A stretch of DNA of 62,839 bases, counting the filler. It is 7 parts of 7 records of this genome, joined end to end, with 100 filler letters (N's around TTAATTAATTAA, not from the genome) between each part and the next. Parts side by side here need not be neighbours in the genome. Positions count along the whole stretch, not along the records: positions 8,051 to 15,689 come from SRR31156797_29920; positions 15,790 to 23,850 come from SRR31156797_29941; 5 more parts are not named here. One strand, 5' to 3'. The translations under genes were made by a program, and so were the position numbers. Positions 9,439 through 19,079 of this stretch are shown one piece after another. The notes under the pieces were generated by a model that saw only the letters and a program-made list of their open reading frames with translations, was not told the origin of the DNA and searched no databases. Numbering within the stretch: the stretch's first letter is position 1; each line of letters begins with the position of its first letter.

Positions 9439-9522
9439 GGCAAAGGGCAAAAGTCCAAAGGCAAAAGTCGAATTGGCGTGACCCCTTACTCGTGATGCGT
9501 GGAGAACGCGTGACAAGTGAAG
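9439..9522. repeat. Degenerate heptamer tandem arrays
   Basis: ggcaaag ggcaaaa gtccaaa ggcaaaa gtcgaat (9439-9473), then weaker cgtgatg cgtggag ... cgtgaca agtgaag (9491-9522). Confidence 0.55.
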
Positions 9523-9607
9523 GGTCGATGAGTTCGTCGGCGCACTAAGCATGAAGGTGGAGTTTTCATTAAGAGGTGAATTTCCCCTAAAAAACACAGG
9601 AAAGAAC

Positions 9608-12600
9608 ATGAAAAAGAATACACTTTTATTGAAGAAAAATGCCCGCATCGGGATCATTAACCGCGGAGAGGCGGCTTTGCGCTTTATTAGGGCCGTTCGC
9701 GAATATAACAGTTTGCACGGGACAAAGCTTAAGACCGTAGCTTTATATATTTCAGCAGAAGAAAAAGCGCCATTTGTCAAGATGGCGGATGAGGTTCTGC
9801 TTTTATCTGATCTGCCTTCCTTCCCCGGGAAACAGGCATCTCCCTATCTTGATCACGAATTGATGATCGAAGCCTTGGAAAAAATGAATTGCGATGCGAT
9901 CTGGGTCGGCTGGGGATTTGTATCCGAAGATGCGGTCTTTGCCAAAAAGATCGAAAAAAAGAAGATCATTTTCATGGGTCCGTCTGCAAAAGCAATGACT
10001 ATACTTGGCGACAAGATCGAAGCTAAAGATCTGGCCGAAAAAGCTGATGTCCCCATTTTACCTTGGAGCCGGAGGGCCGTAAAAAATTTAAAGGATGCGG
10101 AAAAAATATCAAAAGACATTGGCTATCCCGTCATTGTTAAAGCTGCCAATGCCGGCGGCGGACGTGGGATCCGTTTTGTGCGCAAACCCGATGAATTGGC
10201 ATTTCAATTCAAATCGGCCTGCGACGAAACCCTGCGAGTCACAGGTAACGATATTGTTTTTATAGAAGCGCTTGTAGAAAAGGGCCGGCACCTCGAAGTA
10301 CAGGTTCTTGCCGATATGCACGGGAACGTGAATACCTTCGGCGTGCGTGATTGTTCGGTGCAGCGAAAGAATCAGAAGATCATCGAAGAAACACCGCCTG
10401 CGGGACTTCCCAAGCGTCTGCTGAAAGAAATGGAAGAGGCGGCGGGAAGATTGATCCGGGAAGCAAAATATGTGGGAGCCGGTACAGTAGAATATCTTTA
10501 CGACCTGAACCGCAAAGAATATTATTTCATGGAAGTCAATACTCGGCTTCAGGTGGAGCACCCCATCACGGAAACCCTGTACGGGGTCGATCTTGTCAAA
10601 GGCCAGATCGATGCAGCACGTGGATTGGAAGTTGATCTTTCCGATCGAAAGCCCGTAGGTGCCGTGGCGGAAGTGCGCCTGAATGCCGAAGATCCCGACC
10701 GGAATTTCTCACCGGCACCGGGAGACGTTATCCTTTTTAAAGCACCCGCGGGACCGGGTATTCGCGTGGACTCCGGTATTGAGCAGGGAAGCAGCATTCC
10801 CGGCGATTTCGATTCTATGGTCGCTAAGATCATTGCGCATGCTCCTACGCGCCCGGAAGCGCTTGCAAGATTGGAGCAGGCCCTGCGTGCTATGCGCATC
10901 AGTATTTATAATGGAACGACCAACCGCGCTTTTCTCCTGGAATTACTTAAAGATAAGCAGATCAAAAAAGGCGGCGTTCATACGGGCTATGTGGAAGAAT
11001 TATTGGATATCCGTGAAAAACCATCACCTATTGAAAAGGTTCGTATTGCTCTGCTGGCGGTTTCCATTGAACGCTATATTGAGCAGTACGGGATCGACAG
11101 CCTGAATTTCAGGGAGCAGATCAGCCGTATCGGGCATCCACGGACATTGAGTGGGGCAGAGGGCTGTGAGATCAATCTGAGCAACGGCGGGAACCAGTAT
11201 AAATTTCAAGTACGCGCCATGGGTAACGAACTTTATCATATTTTTTCGGAAGGGAATGAGATCACCTGCGAATACCGCAAGGATGATCGTGAGGGGCTCC
11301 TGATCGTGAACGAAAAACGCTACAATATTTTGCTGACCCATCGGGCCGATATGTGGCAGTGTGAAGTTGATGGCTTTCCCGTGATGTTGGAAAGTGATTC
11401 CGGTGGATATATCAAATCACCATCTCCGGCCATTGTGTTATCCGTGAATGCACAGGTCGGGAAAAAAGTTAAAAAAGGTGATGTGCTGGTTGTACTGGAA
11501 GCCATGAAAATGGAAATGCTTGTCCAGTCTCCGGGAGAAGGAACGGTGCGAGAGGTCACGATAGGAAGCGGCACCCAGGTGGCGGCGGGACAAGCCTTAG
11601 TCCTGTTGGACCTGAAGAAAGACGAAAAAGAAATTGAAGGAAAGCAAGTTCCCAAAGTTGATTTTAATGTACTGAAGATATCCGAATCAAATAACTGGGA
11701 TAAGCAAATAAAAGAACTGAACGCGCTTTTTCTGGGCTACGATCACGGAGAAGCCGGTGAAGCTGCCTTTAATAAATTATTAGACATGGTTCAAGAAGAG
11801 CCGGGACGCTCAGGGGAACTTTACGAAATGGCATTGACCATGTTGGAAAGTTTTATTGCCATCGAGCGATTGTTTGCACCCAAAGAAGTTACGGCAGACA
11901 GTTTTTCCCGCCCTCTCGGTTATCGCGAATTGCTGACCCATTATTTTTTACGGGAAAGCGATCAGGAAAAAGGACTGCCGGAAGAATTTTTACAGGATCT
12001 TGAAAAAGCCACGGGATATTATCATGGAGAGAAAGCAACTCAAGAAGTAAGAAGTCGTGCCTTGTATCATATTTTCCGTTCGCATGGACGGCTAAAGAGC
12101 AAACGATCCGTGTTAAAGCAAATTTTGTTTTCGCTCAGTAAGCTTCAAGGTTCAAGCGAAAAACTGGACTACCTTTTTGAACAGATCGTGATCCTGTCAC
12201 AACCGGACGATCCATCAATAGCTGATGCGGCCTTATTTGCACGTTACAAGATCATTGACCTTAAGGCTGTCGAAGCGATCAAGTCTAAACAGACCAAAGC
12301 GATTGATACCTTGTTGAAAAAGATCACAAAAGACGGTATCAGCGATAGCTTAAAAGAAAAGCATATGGATGTATTGATCGATTCTACCGGTGATATTATG
12401 CCCAAGCTTGCCACACTGGCTTTGGATGAAAATCCGGATCATCGGGCACTGGGACTGGAAGCACTGGGGCGACACCTGAACCGGGATAGGGAATTTATTC
12501 GGGGAAAGATCGCCGGAGCTAAAAACTTGAAAAGCTATTATTGCAAATCCAATGATGCCGGTAAAGACGAGATTAAACATTGTCTGCTTACCGTAGTAAA

Positions 12601-15097
12601 AGAAAAGAATATAAAGAACGATCTGATCAACCGTTTGGCAAAAATAGCAAAACAGGCCGAAAAACTTGAGATCATTTGTTTGGTGCCTTCAGAAGTGAAA
12701 GCGGACATGAGCTATTTCGATGATCTCGATTTCTTGACTGATGAACGTGTTGCCTCATTTTCTCTGGGCTGGCTGGGGGCGGGGCGTCCTCCATTTTTCA
12801 GGACTTGGCATCAAAATAAAAGCAAATGGGAAGAGTATAAACTTGCACGTGGTTTTTCACCACTGGAATTCCGTGAGCTCAGGGTCATTCGTCTGAAGAA
12901 TTTTGATAGTAAGATCCTTTACAGATCTTCTTCCGTTACTCTCTTAGAATCGACTGCGATCACAAATCCGAAAGAAAAAAGATTGTTCGCTTTGGCAAGT
13001 TTCACCGAACCGAAGATGATGGTGAAAAAGGACAAGAACATCGATCGCATGATCATGTTCGAGCACGTATTTATGGACGCAGTTTTTGCCATGCGCGCCG
13101 TTCAGGCGAAATACAGATTCCGCCTGCAATGGAACAGGATCATTTTATACAACCGCACACTGCAGGATATCAAACTTGATCAATTGAAAGATTACGGCAA
13201 CAAGATCTTGCCGCATACTCATGATCTGGGACTTGAAAAGATCATCATTTATACCCGACGAAGATCGTTTGACGGACATGCAAAAGAACTTGAACTGATG
13301 GTTTCAAATATCTCACAAGAGAAGTTTACGCTTGAAAGCAGACGCCCAAAAACAGAACCATTGAAACTATATGATGACTATACCGGCAAGATCGTGCGAG
13401 CCCGGCAACGCAACATGGTCTACCCTTATGAGTTTATCAAAATGATCACTGTTGCCGGTGTGCCGCTGTATGAGGGATTTCCTAAAGGTGAGTTCGAGGA
13501 ATACGACATAAAAATTTCGTCTAGCGGCAAACAACGCACCGTCTCCGTTAAACGACGCCAATACGGGCAGAACGCAAGCAATGTGGTTTTCGGGATCATT
13601 CGCCATCCGCATCCGGCACACAAGACCGTGCTGGAACGTGTGATCATTTTATCTGATCCAACCAGGGATCTTGGATCGCTGGCGGAACAGGAATGCAGGC
13701 GAGTGATCGCGGCACTTGATCTTGCGGAAAAGAAAAAGATCCCCGTTGAATGGCTGCCCGTTTCTTCAGGGGCGAAGATCGATATGAAGACAGGCACAGA
13801 GAATCTGGATTGGACGGCTGCCGCACTGGAGCGCATTATCCGCTTTACCCAGAACGGTGGTGAGATCAACGTGATCGTGCCGGGTGTGAATGTGGGCGCA
13901 CAATCCTATTGGAATGCCGAAGCTACCATGCTGATGCATACACGCGGATTACTGATCATGACTGAGGATGCTTCCATGTTGCTGACCGGAAAGCGGGCTT
14001 TGGACTTCTCCGGCTCCGTCTCGGGTGACACCAATCTGGATATTGGTGGAGCGGAGAAGATCATGGGCCCCAACGGCCAGTGCCAGATGCGTGCAAAAAC
14101 ATTAGCGGACGCTTACCAGTTATTGCTGGAGCATTACAGCTATACCTACAGATCGCCACGAGAAAGCCAGCCGCCAAAGATCAAAACGAAAGATAAAACT
14201 GAACGCGATATTACAAAAGAATCGTATCATGATTTTCTAGATCAAGGTTTTAAAACCATCGGCGATATATTCAGCAAAGAGAAAAATCCTGAGCGAAAGA
14301 AACCCTTTGATATCAGACAGGTCATGAAAGCCGTTATCGATAAAGATACCGGATATTTTGAACGCTGGCAAAGAATGCGGGATGCCGACACAGCCATTAT
14401 CTGGGAAACACGATTGGGAGGGAACGCCGTTGGTATGATCGGTATCGAAAGCCGTCCTTTGCCAAGATTCGGTGCTATTCCCCATGACGGCCCGGATACC
14501 TGGAGCGGTGGTACCTTATTTCCCGGTTCATCCAAAAAGATCGCCCGCGGGATCAATGCTTTTTCCGGAAGAATGCCGCTTGTAATTCTGGCAAATTTAT
14601 CGGGGTTCGACGGGTCGCCGGAAAGTCTGCGCAAACTTCAGTTGGAATACGGTGCCGAGATCGGACGAGCCATTGTTAACTTCAAAGGACCGATCACATT
14701 TCTGGTGGTCGCACGCTATCATGGCGGGGCCTACGTGGTGTTCTCCAAATCATTGAATCCCAATCTTCGGGTTGGAGCGGTCAAAGGATCTTATGCTTCA
14801 GTACTTGGCGGTGCGCCTGCGGCTGCGGTGATATTCCCCAGAGAAGTGTCAAAGGAGACCTCGCTTGATCCGCGTTTAGCAGCATGCATGGAAGAATTAA
14901 ATGACGGGAAATGCACACAACATGATTATGATGAACTCTTCCGTGAGATCTATAATGAAAAACAAAAAGAATTGGGACATAAATTCGATAAGATCCACAG
15001 CGTGGAACGAGCTAAAAAAATGGGTTCGATCGATGATATTGTAACGCCGGAAAAGATAAGGCCGTATCTTATAAGTGCTATAGAAAGAGGTTTTTGA
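9608..15097 (+). CDS. Single-chain multidomain biotin-dependent acyl-CoA carboxylase (BC-BCCP-central-CT)
   Basis: Biotin carboxylase motifs NRGEAA, GGGGRG, RDCSVQR, FMEVNTRLQVEH, RLNAED. Biotinylation motif EAMKME. Carboxyltransferase segments SSGAKI, LANLSGFDGS, YHGGAYVV. Start at ATG 9608 preferred; 9551 is an alternative. Confidence 0.9.
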   Translation: MKKNTLLLKKNARIGIINRGEAALRFIRAVREYNSLHGTKLKTVALYISAEEKAPFVKMADEVLLLSDLPSFPGKQASPYLDHELMIEALEKMNCDAIWVGWGFVSEDAVFAKKIEKKKIIFMGPSAKAMTILGDKIEAKDLAEKADVPILPWSRRAVKNLKDAEKISKDIGYPVIVKAANAGGGRGIRFVRKPDELAFQFKSACDETLRVTGNDIVFIEALVEKGRHLEVQVLADMHGNVNTFGVRDCSVQRKNQKIIEETPPAGLPKRLLKEMEEAAGRLIREAKYVGAGTVEYLYDLNRKEYYFMEVNTRLQVEHPITETLYGVDLVKGQIDAARGLEVDLSDRKPVGAVAEVRLNAEDPDRNFSPAPGDVILFKAPAGPGIRVDSGIEQGSSIPGDFDSMVAKIIAHAPTRPEALARLEQALRAMRISIYNGTTNRAFLLELLKDKQIKKGGVHTGYVEELLDIREKPSPIEKVRIALLAVSIERYIEQYGIDSLNFREQISRIGHPRTLSGAEGCEINLSNGGNQYKFQVRAMGNELYHIFSEGNEITCEYRKDDREGLLIVNEKRYNILLTHRADMWQCEVDGFPVMLESDSGGYIKSPSPAIVLSVNAQVGKKVKKGDVLVVLEAMKMEMLVQSPGEGTVREVTIGSGTQVAAGQALVLLDLKKDEKEIEGKQVPKVDFNVLKISESNNWDKQIKELNALFLGYDHGEAGEAAFNKLLDMVQEEPGRSGELYEMALTMLESFIAIERLFAPKEVTADSFSRPLGYRELLTHYFLRESDQEKGLPEEFLQDLEKATGYYHGEKATQEVRSRALYHIFRSHGRLKSKRSVLKQILFSLSKLQGSSEKLDYLFEQIVILSQPDDPSIADAALFARYKIIDLKAVEAIKSKQTKAIDTLLKKITKDGISDSLKEKHMDVLIDSTGDIMPKLATLALDENPDHRALGLEALGRHLNRDREFIRGKIAGAKNLKSYYCKSNDAGKDEIKHCLLTVVKEKNIKNDLINRLAKIAKQAEKLEIICLVPSEVKADMSYFDDLDFLTDERVASFSLGWLGAGRPPFFRTWHQNKSKWEEYKLARGFSPLEFRELRVIRLKNFDSKILYRSSSVTLLESTAITNPKEKRLFALASFTEPKMMVKKDKNIDRMIMFEHVFMDAVFAMRAVQAKYRFRLQWNRIILYNRTLQDIKLDQLKDYGNKILPHTHDLGLEKIIIYTRRRSFDGHAKELELMVSNISQEKFTLESRRPKTEPLKLYDDYTGKIVRARQRNMVYPYEFIKMITVAGVPLYEGFPKGEFEEYDIKISSSGKQRTVSVKRRQYGQNASNVVFGIIRHPHPAHKTVLERVIILSDPTRDLGSLAEQECRRVIAALDLAEKKKIPVEWLPVSSGAKIDMKTGTENLDWTAAALERIIRFTQNGGEINVIVPGVNVGAQSYWNAEATMLMHTRGLLIMTEDASMLLTGKRALDFSGSVSGDTNLDIGGAEKIMGPNGQCQMRAKTLADAYQLLLEHYSYTYRSPRESQPPKIKTKDKTERDITKESYHDFLDQGFKTIGDIFSKEKNPERKKPFDIRQVMKAVIDKDTGYFERWQRMRDADTAIIWETRLGGNAVGMIGIESRPLPRFGAIPHDGPDTWSGGTLFPGSSKKIARGINAFSGRMPLVILANLSGFDGSPESLRKLQLEYGAEIGRAIVNFKGPITFLVVARYHGGAYVVFSKSLNPNLRVGAVKGSYASVLGGAPAAAVIFPREVSKETSLDPRLAACMEELNDGKCTQHDYDELFREIYNEKQKELGHKFDKIHSVERAKKMGSIDDIVTPEKIRPYLISAIERGF

Positions 15098-15167
15098 GTA
15101 ATCGAACAATCGAGCAACAGAGCAACCGAACAATCGAGTAATCGAATGATCGAATGATCGAGTAATC
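15093..15167 (+). repeat. Octamer tandem array upstream of four-helix-bundle gene
   Basis: atcgaaca atcgagca acagagca accgaaca atcgagta atcgaatg atcgaatg atcgagta (15101-15164); a degenerate first unit overlaps the carboxylase stop codon. Confidence 0.9.
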
Positions 15168-15265
15168 ATATAGTGATGAATGTCACACTTTTGTACAGAT
15201 GAGATTTTTATATATCAAATATCATATTGGCCAATTAAATTTTGGGAGAAATATAGAGGGGATTT

Positions 15266-15628
15266 ATGACGAGCAAAGAACTTGAAGACCGTCTTATTGC
15301 CTTTTCGGTCTCAGTTATAAAGATTGCAGAAAGAATAGAAGGTTCATATACCGGAAATCATCTTTCCTGTCAAATAATTCGATCCTGTACATCTGTATCA
15401 TTGAATTACGGAGAAGCTCAAGACGCTGAGTCAAGAAATGATTTCATTCACAAAATGAAAGTGATATTAAAAGAATTAAGAGAAACCATGATATGCTTAA
15501 AACTCTTAAAAACAAAAGGGTTAATAGAAGATACAAAACCTCTTGATAAGGCATTGAATGAAAATAATGAGTTGATCTCAATATTTGTTAAAAGTATCCA
15601 AACCGCAAGAAAAAATGCTGACAGTTAA
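15266..15628 (+). CDS. Four helix bundle protein (TIGR02436 / 23S rRNA IVP-like)
   Basis: 120 aa with QIIRSCTSVSLNYGEAQDAESRNDFIHKMKVILKELRET family motif; SD AGAGGGG. Confidence 0.9.
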   Translation: MTSKELEDRLIAFSVSVIKIAERIEGSYTGNHLSCQIIRSCTSVSLNYGEAQDAESRNDFIHKMKVILKELRETMICLKLLKTKGLIEDTKPLDKALNENNELISIFVKSIQTARKNADS

Positions 15629-15689
15629 TTGATCAACCAATTAACCGAACAATCGAGCAATCGAGTAATCGAATGATCGAGTAATCGAA
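15628..15689 (+). repeat. Octamer tandem array downstream of four-helix-bundle gene, truncated by contig end
   Basis: attgatca accaatta accgaaca atcgagca atcgagta atcgaatg atcgagta atcgaa; same units and orientation as the upstream array. Confidence 0.9.
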
Positions 15690-15789
15690 NNNNNNNNNNN
15701 NNNNNNNNNNNNNNNNNNNNNNNNNNNNNNNNNTTAATTAATTAANNNNNNNNNNNNNNNNNNNNNNNNNNNNNNNNNNNNNNNNNNNN
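15690..15789. other. Artificial contig spacer
   Basis: N-run with TTAATTAATTAA. Confidence 0.98.
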
Positions 15790-16002
15790 GAAGAAGGAAA
15801 GAATCCTTTCCAGCTTGATTCCAAAGAACCCGAATGGGATAAATTCACAGACTTCCTTAAAGGTGAAGTACGCTATACATCACTCTACAAAGCGTTCCCG
15901 GCTGAAGCCGAAATTCTTTCGAAAGAAGCTGTTAAGAATGCAAAATGGAGGTATGATAGCTATAAGCGCCTTGCCGCCATGGACTTCTCAAAAGAAGCAT
16001 AA
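15790..16002 (+). CDS. nifJ: Pyruvate:ferredoxin (flavodoxin) oxidoreductase, C-terminal fragment
   Basis: Manual translation gives EEGKNPFQLDSKEPEWDKFTDFLKGEVRYTSLYKAFPAEAEILSKEAVKNAKWRYDSYKRLAAMDFSKEA*, the typical PFOR C-terminus. Confidence 0.88.
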   Translation, partial: EEGKNPFQLDSKEPEWDKFTDFLKGEVRYTSLYKAFPAEAEILSKEAVKNAKWRYDSYKRLAAMDFSKEA

Positions 16003-16029
16003 ACCATTTTACGATCATAATTCTGCAAT

Positions 16030-16057
16030 AAGCCCCGACAAAATCGGGGCTTTTTTT
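16030..16057 (+). terminator. Rho-independent terminator
   Basis: AAGCCCCGA-CAAAA-TCGGGGCTT followed by a T-tract. Confidence 0.85.
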
Positions 16058-16196
16058 CTTGACCCAGACAGCACCACATTTAACCAATATTTTCCTGTTA
16101 TCGGCTTCGGTATTGTTTGGAGTACTTATATTGTTGCTCTACACCTTGTTCATCAGGGCTGATGATAGAAAAGGGAGGACTGGGTGTGATAGTGGC

Positions 16197-17564
16197 CTAA
16201 GCGAATAAGGCGCTAAAAACATGCTCTATCCTGGAAACGGGCGCAAGGTTAATGCCGAAATCCTTTTTTGAAATACTTTTAAAGCTATGCGATGAAATAA
16301 AAATTTTTTCAAATCCAAGCTTTGCGGCCTCAATTATTCGCTGCTCAATGCGATTAACCGCCCTAATTTCACCTGACAGCCCCACCTCTGCAGCGAAACA
16401 CACTTTAGGATTTACCGGCATATCCTCATTCGAAGACAGGATAGCGGCAATTACGGCAAGGTCAACCGCAGGATCGACCACACGGATGCCACCGGCAATA
16501 TTCAGGAATACATCTTTTGATGATAGTTTAAATCCATGCCTTTTCTCAAGTACAGCCAGCAACATATTTAACCGCCTGGGATCAAAACCGGTTGTGGAAC
16601 GTTGCGGAACGCCATAGGCTGCAGTACTCACGAGCGCCTGAATTTCGATGAGCATGGGCCTGAGCCCTTCCATGGTGGCTGCGAGGGTTATACCACTAAA
16701 GTTCTCATCACGCTGGGTAATTAAAAGCTCGGATGGATTCAGTACTTCTCTTAAGCCGGAGCCCAGCATCTCAAAAATCCCCAACTCTGATGTAGAGCCA
16801 AACCGATTTTTTACAGATCTCAAAATACGGTAACCATAATTCCGGTCGCCTTCGAATTGTAGAACCGCATCCACCATATGCTCCAGTATTTTTGGCCCGG
16901 CCAGATTACCTTCTTTGGTGATATGGCCAATCAGGAAAACGGGTGTATTGGTAAGCTTGGCGTACTGCTGAAGCTCGTTGGCACATTCCCGAATTTGAGA
17001 AATGCTGCCGGCGGAGGATTCAATGTTTTCGGTGTGGAGTGTTTGAATGGAGTCGACTACGATGATCTGGGGTTGTAGTTTTTCCAGGTGTTGAAAAATA
17101 ACCTGTGTGGAAGTTTCGGTGAGAATAAACGTTTCTGAATCATCATCACCAAGCCTTTGGGCACGCATTTTTATCTGCTGTTCACTCTCCTCACCAGAAA
17201 TGTATAAAATGATAAACCTCTTCATTTTCAGGGCTACCTGCAGCATTAAAGTAGATTTCCCGATTCCGGGTTCCCCTCCTACCAAAACTACTGACCCCTG
17301 CACGAGGCCACCACCCAGCACACGATTCAATTCTCCGCTACCGGTATCAATGCGATTTTCATTTTCAAACTGAACCTGAGCCAGTTTTTTTGGCAGACTT
17401 CTTTTCTGTTCAATGGTAACTCCCATCGACCGCTTTGCCTTTGCTGTTTGAATTACCTCTTCAGCAAAGGAGTTCCACTCGCCGCATGAGGGGCATTTGC
17501 CAAGCCATTTTGCAGAATTATGTCCACAATTCTGACAATAAAATGTGGTTTTAACCTTCGACAT
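16197..17564 (-). CDS. radA: DNA repair protein RadA/Sms
   Basis: C4 zinc finger (CQNC...CPSC), Walker A GEPGIGKS, KNRFG motif, Lon-like C-terminus. Confidence 0.96.
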   Translation of the reverse strand: MSKVKTTFYCQNCGHNSAKWLGKCPSCGEWNSFAEEVIQTAKAKRSMGVTIEQKRSLPKKLAQVQFENENRIDTGSGELNRVLGGGLVQGSVVLVGGEPGIGKSTLMLQVALKMKRFIILYISGEESEQQIKMRAQRLGDDDSETFILTETSTQVIFQHLEKLQPQIIVVDSIQTLHTENIESSAGSISQIRECANELQQYAKLTNTPVFLIGHITKEGNLAGPKILEHMVDAVLQFEGDRNYGYRILRSVKNRFGSTSELGIFEMLGSGLREVLNPSELLITQRDENFSGITLAATMEGLRPMLIEIQALVSTAAYGVPQRSTTGFDPRRLNMLLAVLEKRHGFKLSSKDVFLNIAGGIRVVDPAVDLAVIAAILSSNEDMPVNPKVCFAAEVGLSGEIRAVNRIEQRIIEAAKLGFEKIFISSHSFKSISKKDFGINLAPVSRIEHVFSALFA

Positions 17565-17574
17565 TTTACATGCT

Positions 17575-18066
17575 TTATTCTTTGATTCGGTTTATGATCC
17601 GGGTTGTTGAATAGCCTTCCAGAAAATCGATGGTTACAACCTCTCCGCCTTTTGTTGTTACAACGTCGTATCCAACAATATCTTCAGCTTTATAATCACT
17701 GCCTTTTACCAGCACGTCGGGCCGGACCGTTTCGATCAGTTTGGCTGGTGTATCTTCATCAAACATTACCACCGCATCAACAAAATGCAATGCAGCCAGG
17801 ATCAATGCTCTGGCACTTTCGTCCTGAACGGGCCTTCCCGCTCCTTTTATCCTGCGAACCGAATCATCAGTATTCAAACCAACAATTAAAACATCACCTT
17901 TAGAAGCGGCATGTGCCAAATAATCGATGTGCCCTTTGTGCAGGATATCAAAACAGCCATTTGTAAAAACTACCTTTTTATCCTTAAAGCTCCAGTAGGC
18001 CAGCCAACGTTTGAACTCATCGCTGTTCTCGAATATCTTATTTTGAATTACCTTTAACTTGTTCAT
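17575..18066 (-). CDS. rfaE2: D-glycero-beta-D-manno-heptose 1-phosphate adenylyltransferase
   Basis: VFTNGCFDILHKGH, VGLNTDDSV, LVKGSDY, YSTT. Confidence 0.9.
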   Translation of the reverse strand: MNKLKVIQNKIFENSDEFKRWLAYWSFKDKKVVFTNGCFDILHKGHIDYLAHAASKGDVLIVGLNTDDSVRRIKGAGRPVQDESARALILAALHFVDAVVMFDEDTPAKLIETVRPDVLVKGSDYKAEDIVGYDVVTTKGGEVVTIDFLEGYSTTRIINRIKE

Positions 18067-19075
18067 GTTGAGGTATTTTATTTACAATGGGCAAAATTAT
18101 TAAAGAAAAAATACCAATAATTACGATGAGTATAGTTTGTGCTGTCCAGGTCAACCAACCCAGAGCATAGCCAGTTGTTGTCTGAATCCCATAAATGGCA
18201 AGCGTTTCCGCGATTATGGCAGGATAAATCCCGATGCCTCCCTGCACAATCATGATACCGATGGAGCCAAAAATCAACATCGACAAACCGGCATCAATTC
18301 CCATGTGACTGGTTTCAGGAAGGCTAAACACGCATACCCAAATCATTAAAAAATATAAAATCCAGATCAGAAAGGACTGGAATATGAATGCCACAGGTTT
18401 CCGGATCTTAGTTACCGACCACAGCCCATGCCAGAACCCGAGCAACAAATTCCTGAACTTCTTTACCAAAGCAGATCTGGAAAGCCTTTTCCTGAATACA
18501 ATAAAAAAGACCATTATAAGCACCAAAATACCAATCAGGAAAAACAGATAGTTGGATAACGTATCTGCCGATACTGAAAATTTTTCACTTAACGGCTCAA
18601 AAACCTTTTCATCGACATAGTACTCCAGTTTATCGAAAAAGATAAAAAAGTTGATAAAAAACAGGATGATAAACACCACCATGTCAATGCTTCTTTCGAT
18701 GATTACGGTGCCAATTGAGTTATTGAGTGGAATACGTTCGTATTTGTTCAACACGCCACAACGTGTTACTTCGCCAAGACGGGGCAAGGCCATGTTGGCA
18801 AAATACCCGATCATCACGGCCAAAAATGTATTGGAGAGCCTGGGTTTATAACCGATTGGTTCAAGCAACATTCGCCAGCGAATTGCCCGCACCAGGTGAC
18901 TAAAAAAGCCAATTATCAAAGCCAGAAACAACCAACTAAAATCAGCGGATATGAAAGAGTTCCAGATATCCAGCTTTTGCTCGGATGTGAGCTTCCTCAG
19001 GAATATCCAGATAAAGAATATCCCAATAGAAAGAAAAAAAATGATTTTAAACGCTGAGATGAGCTTTTTTTTCAA
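18038..19075 (-). CDS. Lysylphosphatidylglycerol synthase TM / flippase-like membrane protein
   Basis: Multi-TM protein with RAIRWRMLL, GYFANMALPRLGEVTR and QGGIGIY. TTG start at 19075 preferred because the longer ORF overlaps panD. Confidence 0.8.
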   Translation of the reverse strand: MKKKLISAFKIIFFLSIGIFFIWIFLRKLTSEQKLDIWNSFISADFSWLFLALIIGFFSHLVRAIRWRMLLEPIGYKPRLSNTFLAVMIGYFANMALPRLGEVTRCGVLNKYERIPLNNSIGTVIIERSIDMVVFIILFFINFFIFFDKLEYYVDEKVFEPLSEKFSVSADTLSNYLFFLIGILVLIMVFFIVFRKRLSRSALVKKFRNLLLGFWHGLWSVTKIRKPVAFIFQSFLIWILYFLMIWVCVFSLPETSHMGIDAGLSMLIFGSIGIMIVQGGIGIYPAIIAETLAIYGIQTTTGYALGWLTWTAQTILIVIIGIFSLIILPIVNKIPQHEQVKGNSK

Positions 19076-19079
19076 TGCT

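Noticed and set aside
14897-15169. 90-aa minus-strand ORF starting MITRSFDHSITRLF
   Set aside because: Translation of the octamer array plus antisense of the carboxylase gene end.
15093-15689. Octamer arrays as a CRISPR array or DGR template/variable repeats
   Set aside because: Units are 8 bp and contiguous with no unique spacers. No cas or reverse transcriptase gene and no long TR/VR pair is visible.
15815-16162. 115-aa track ORF
   Set aside because: Wrong frame; it overlaps the real nifJ C-terminus and runs through its terminator.
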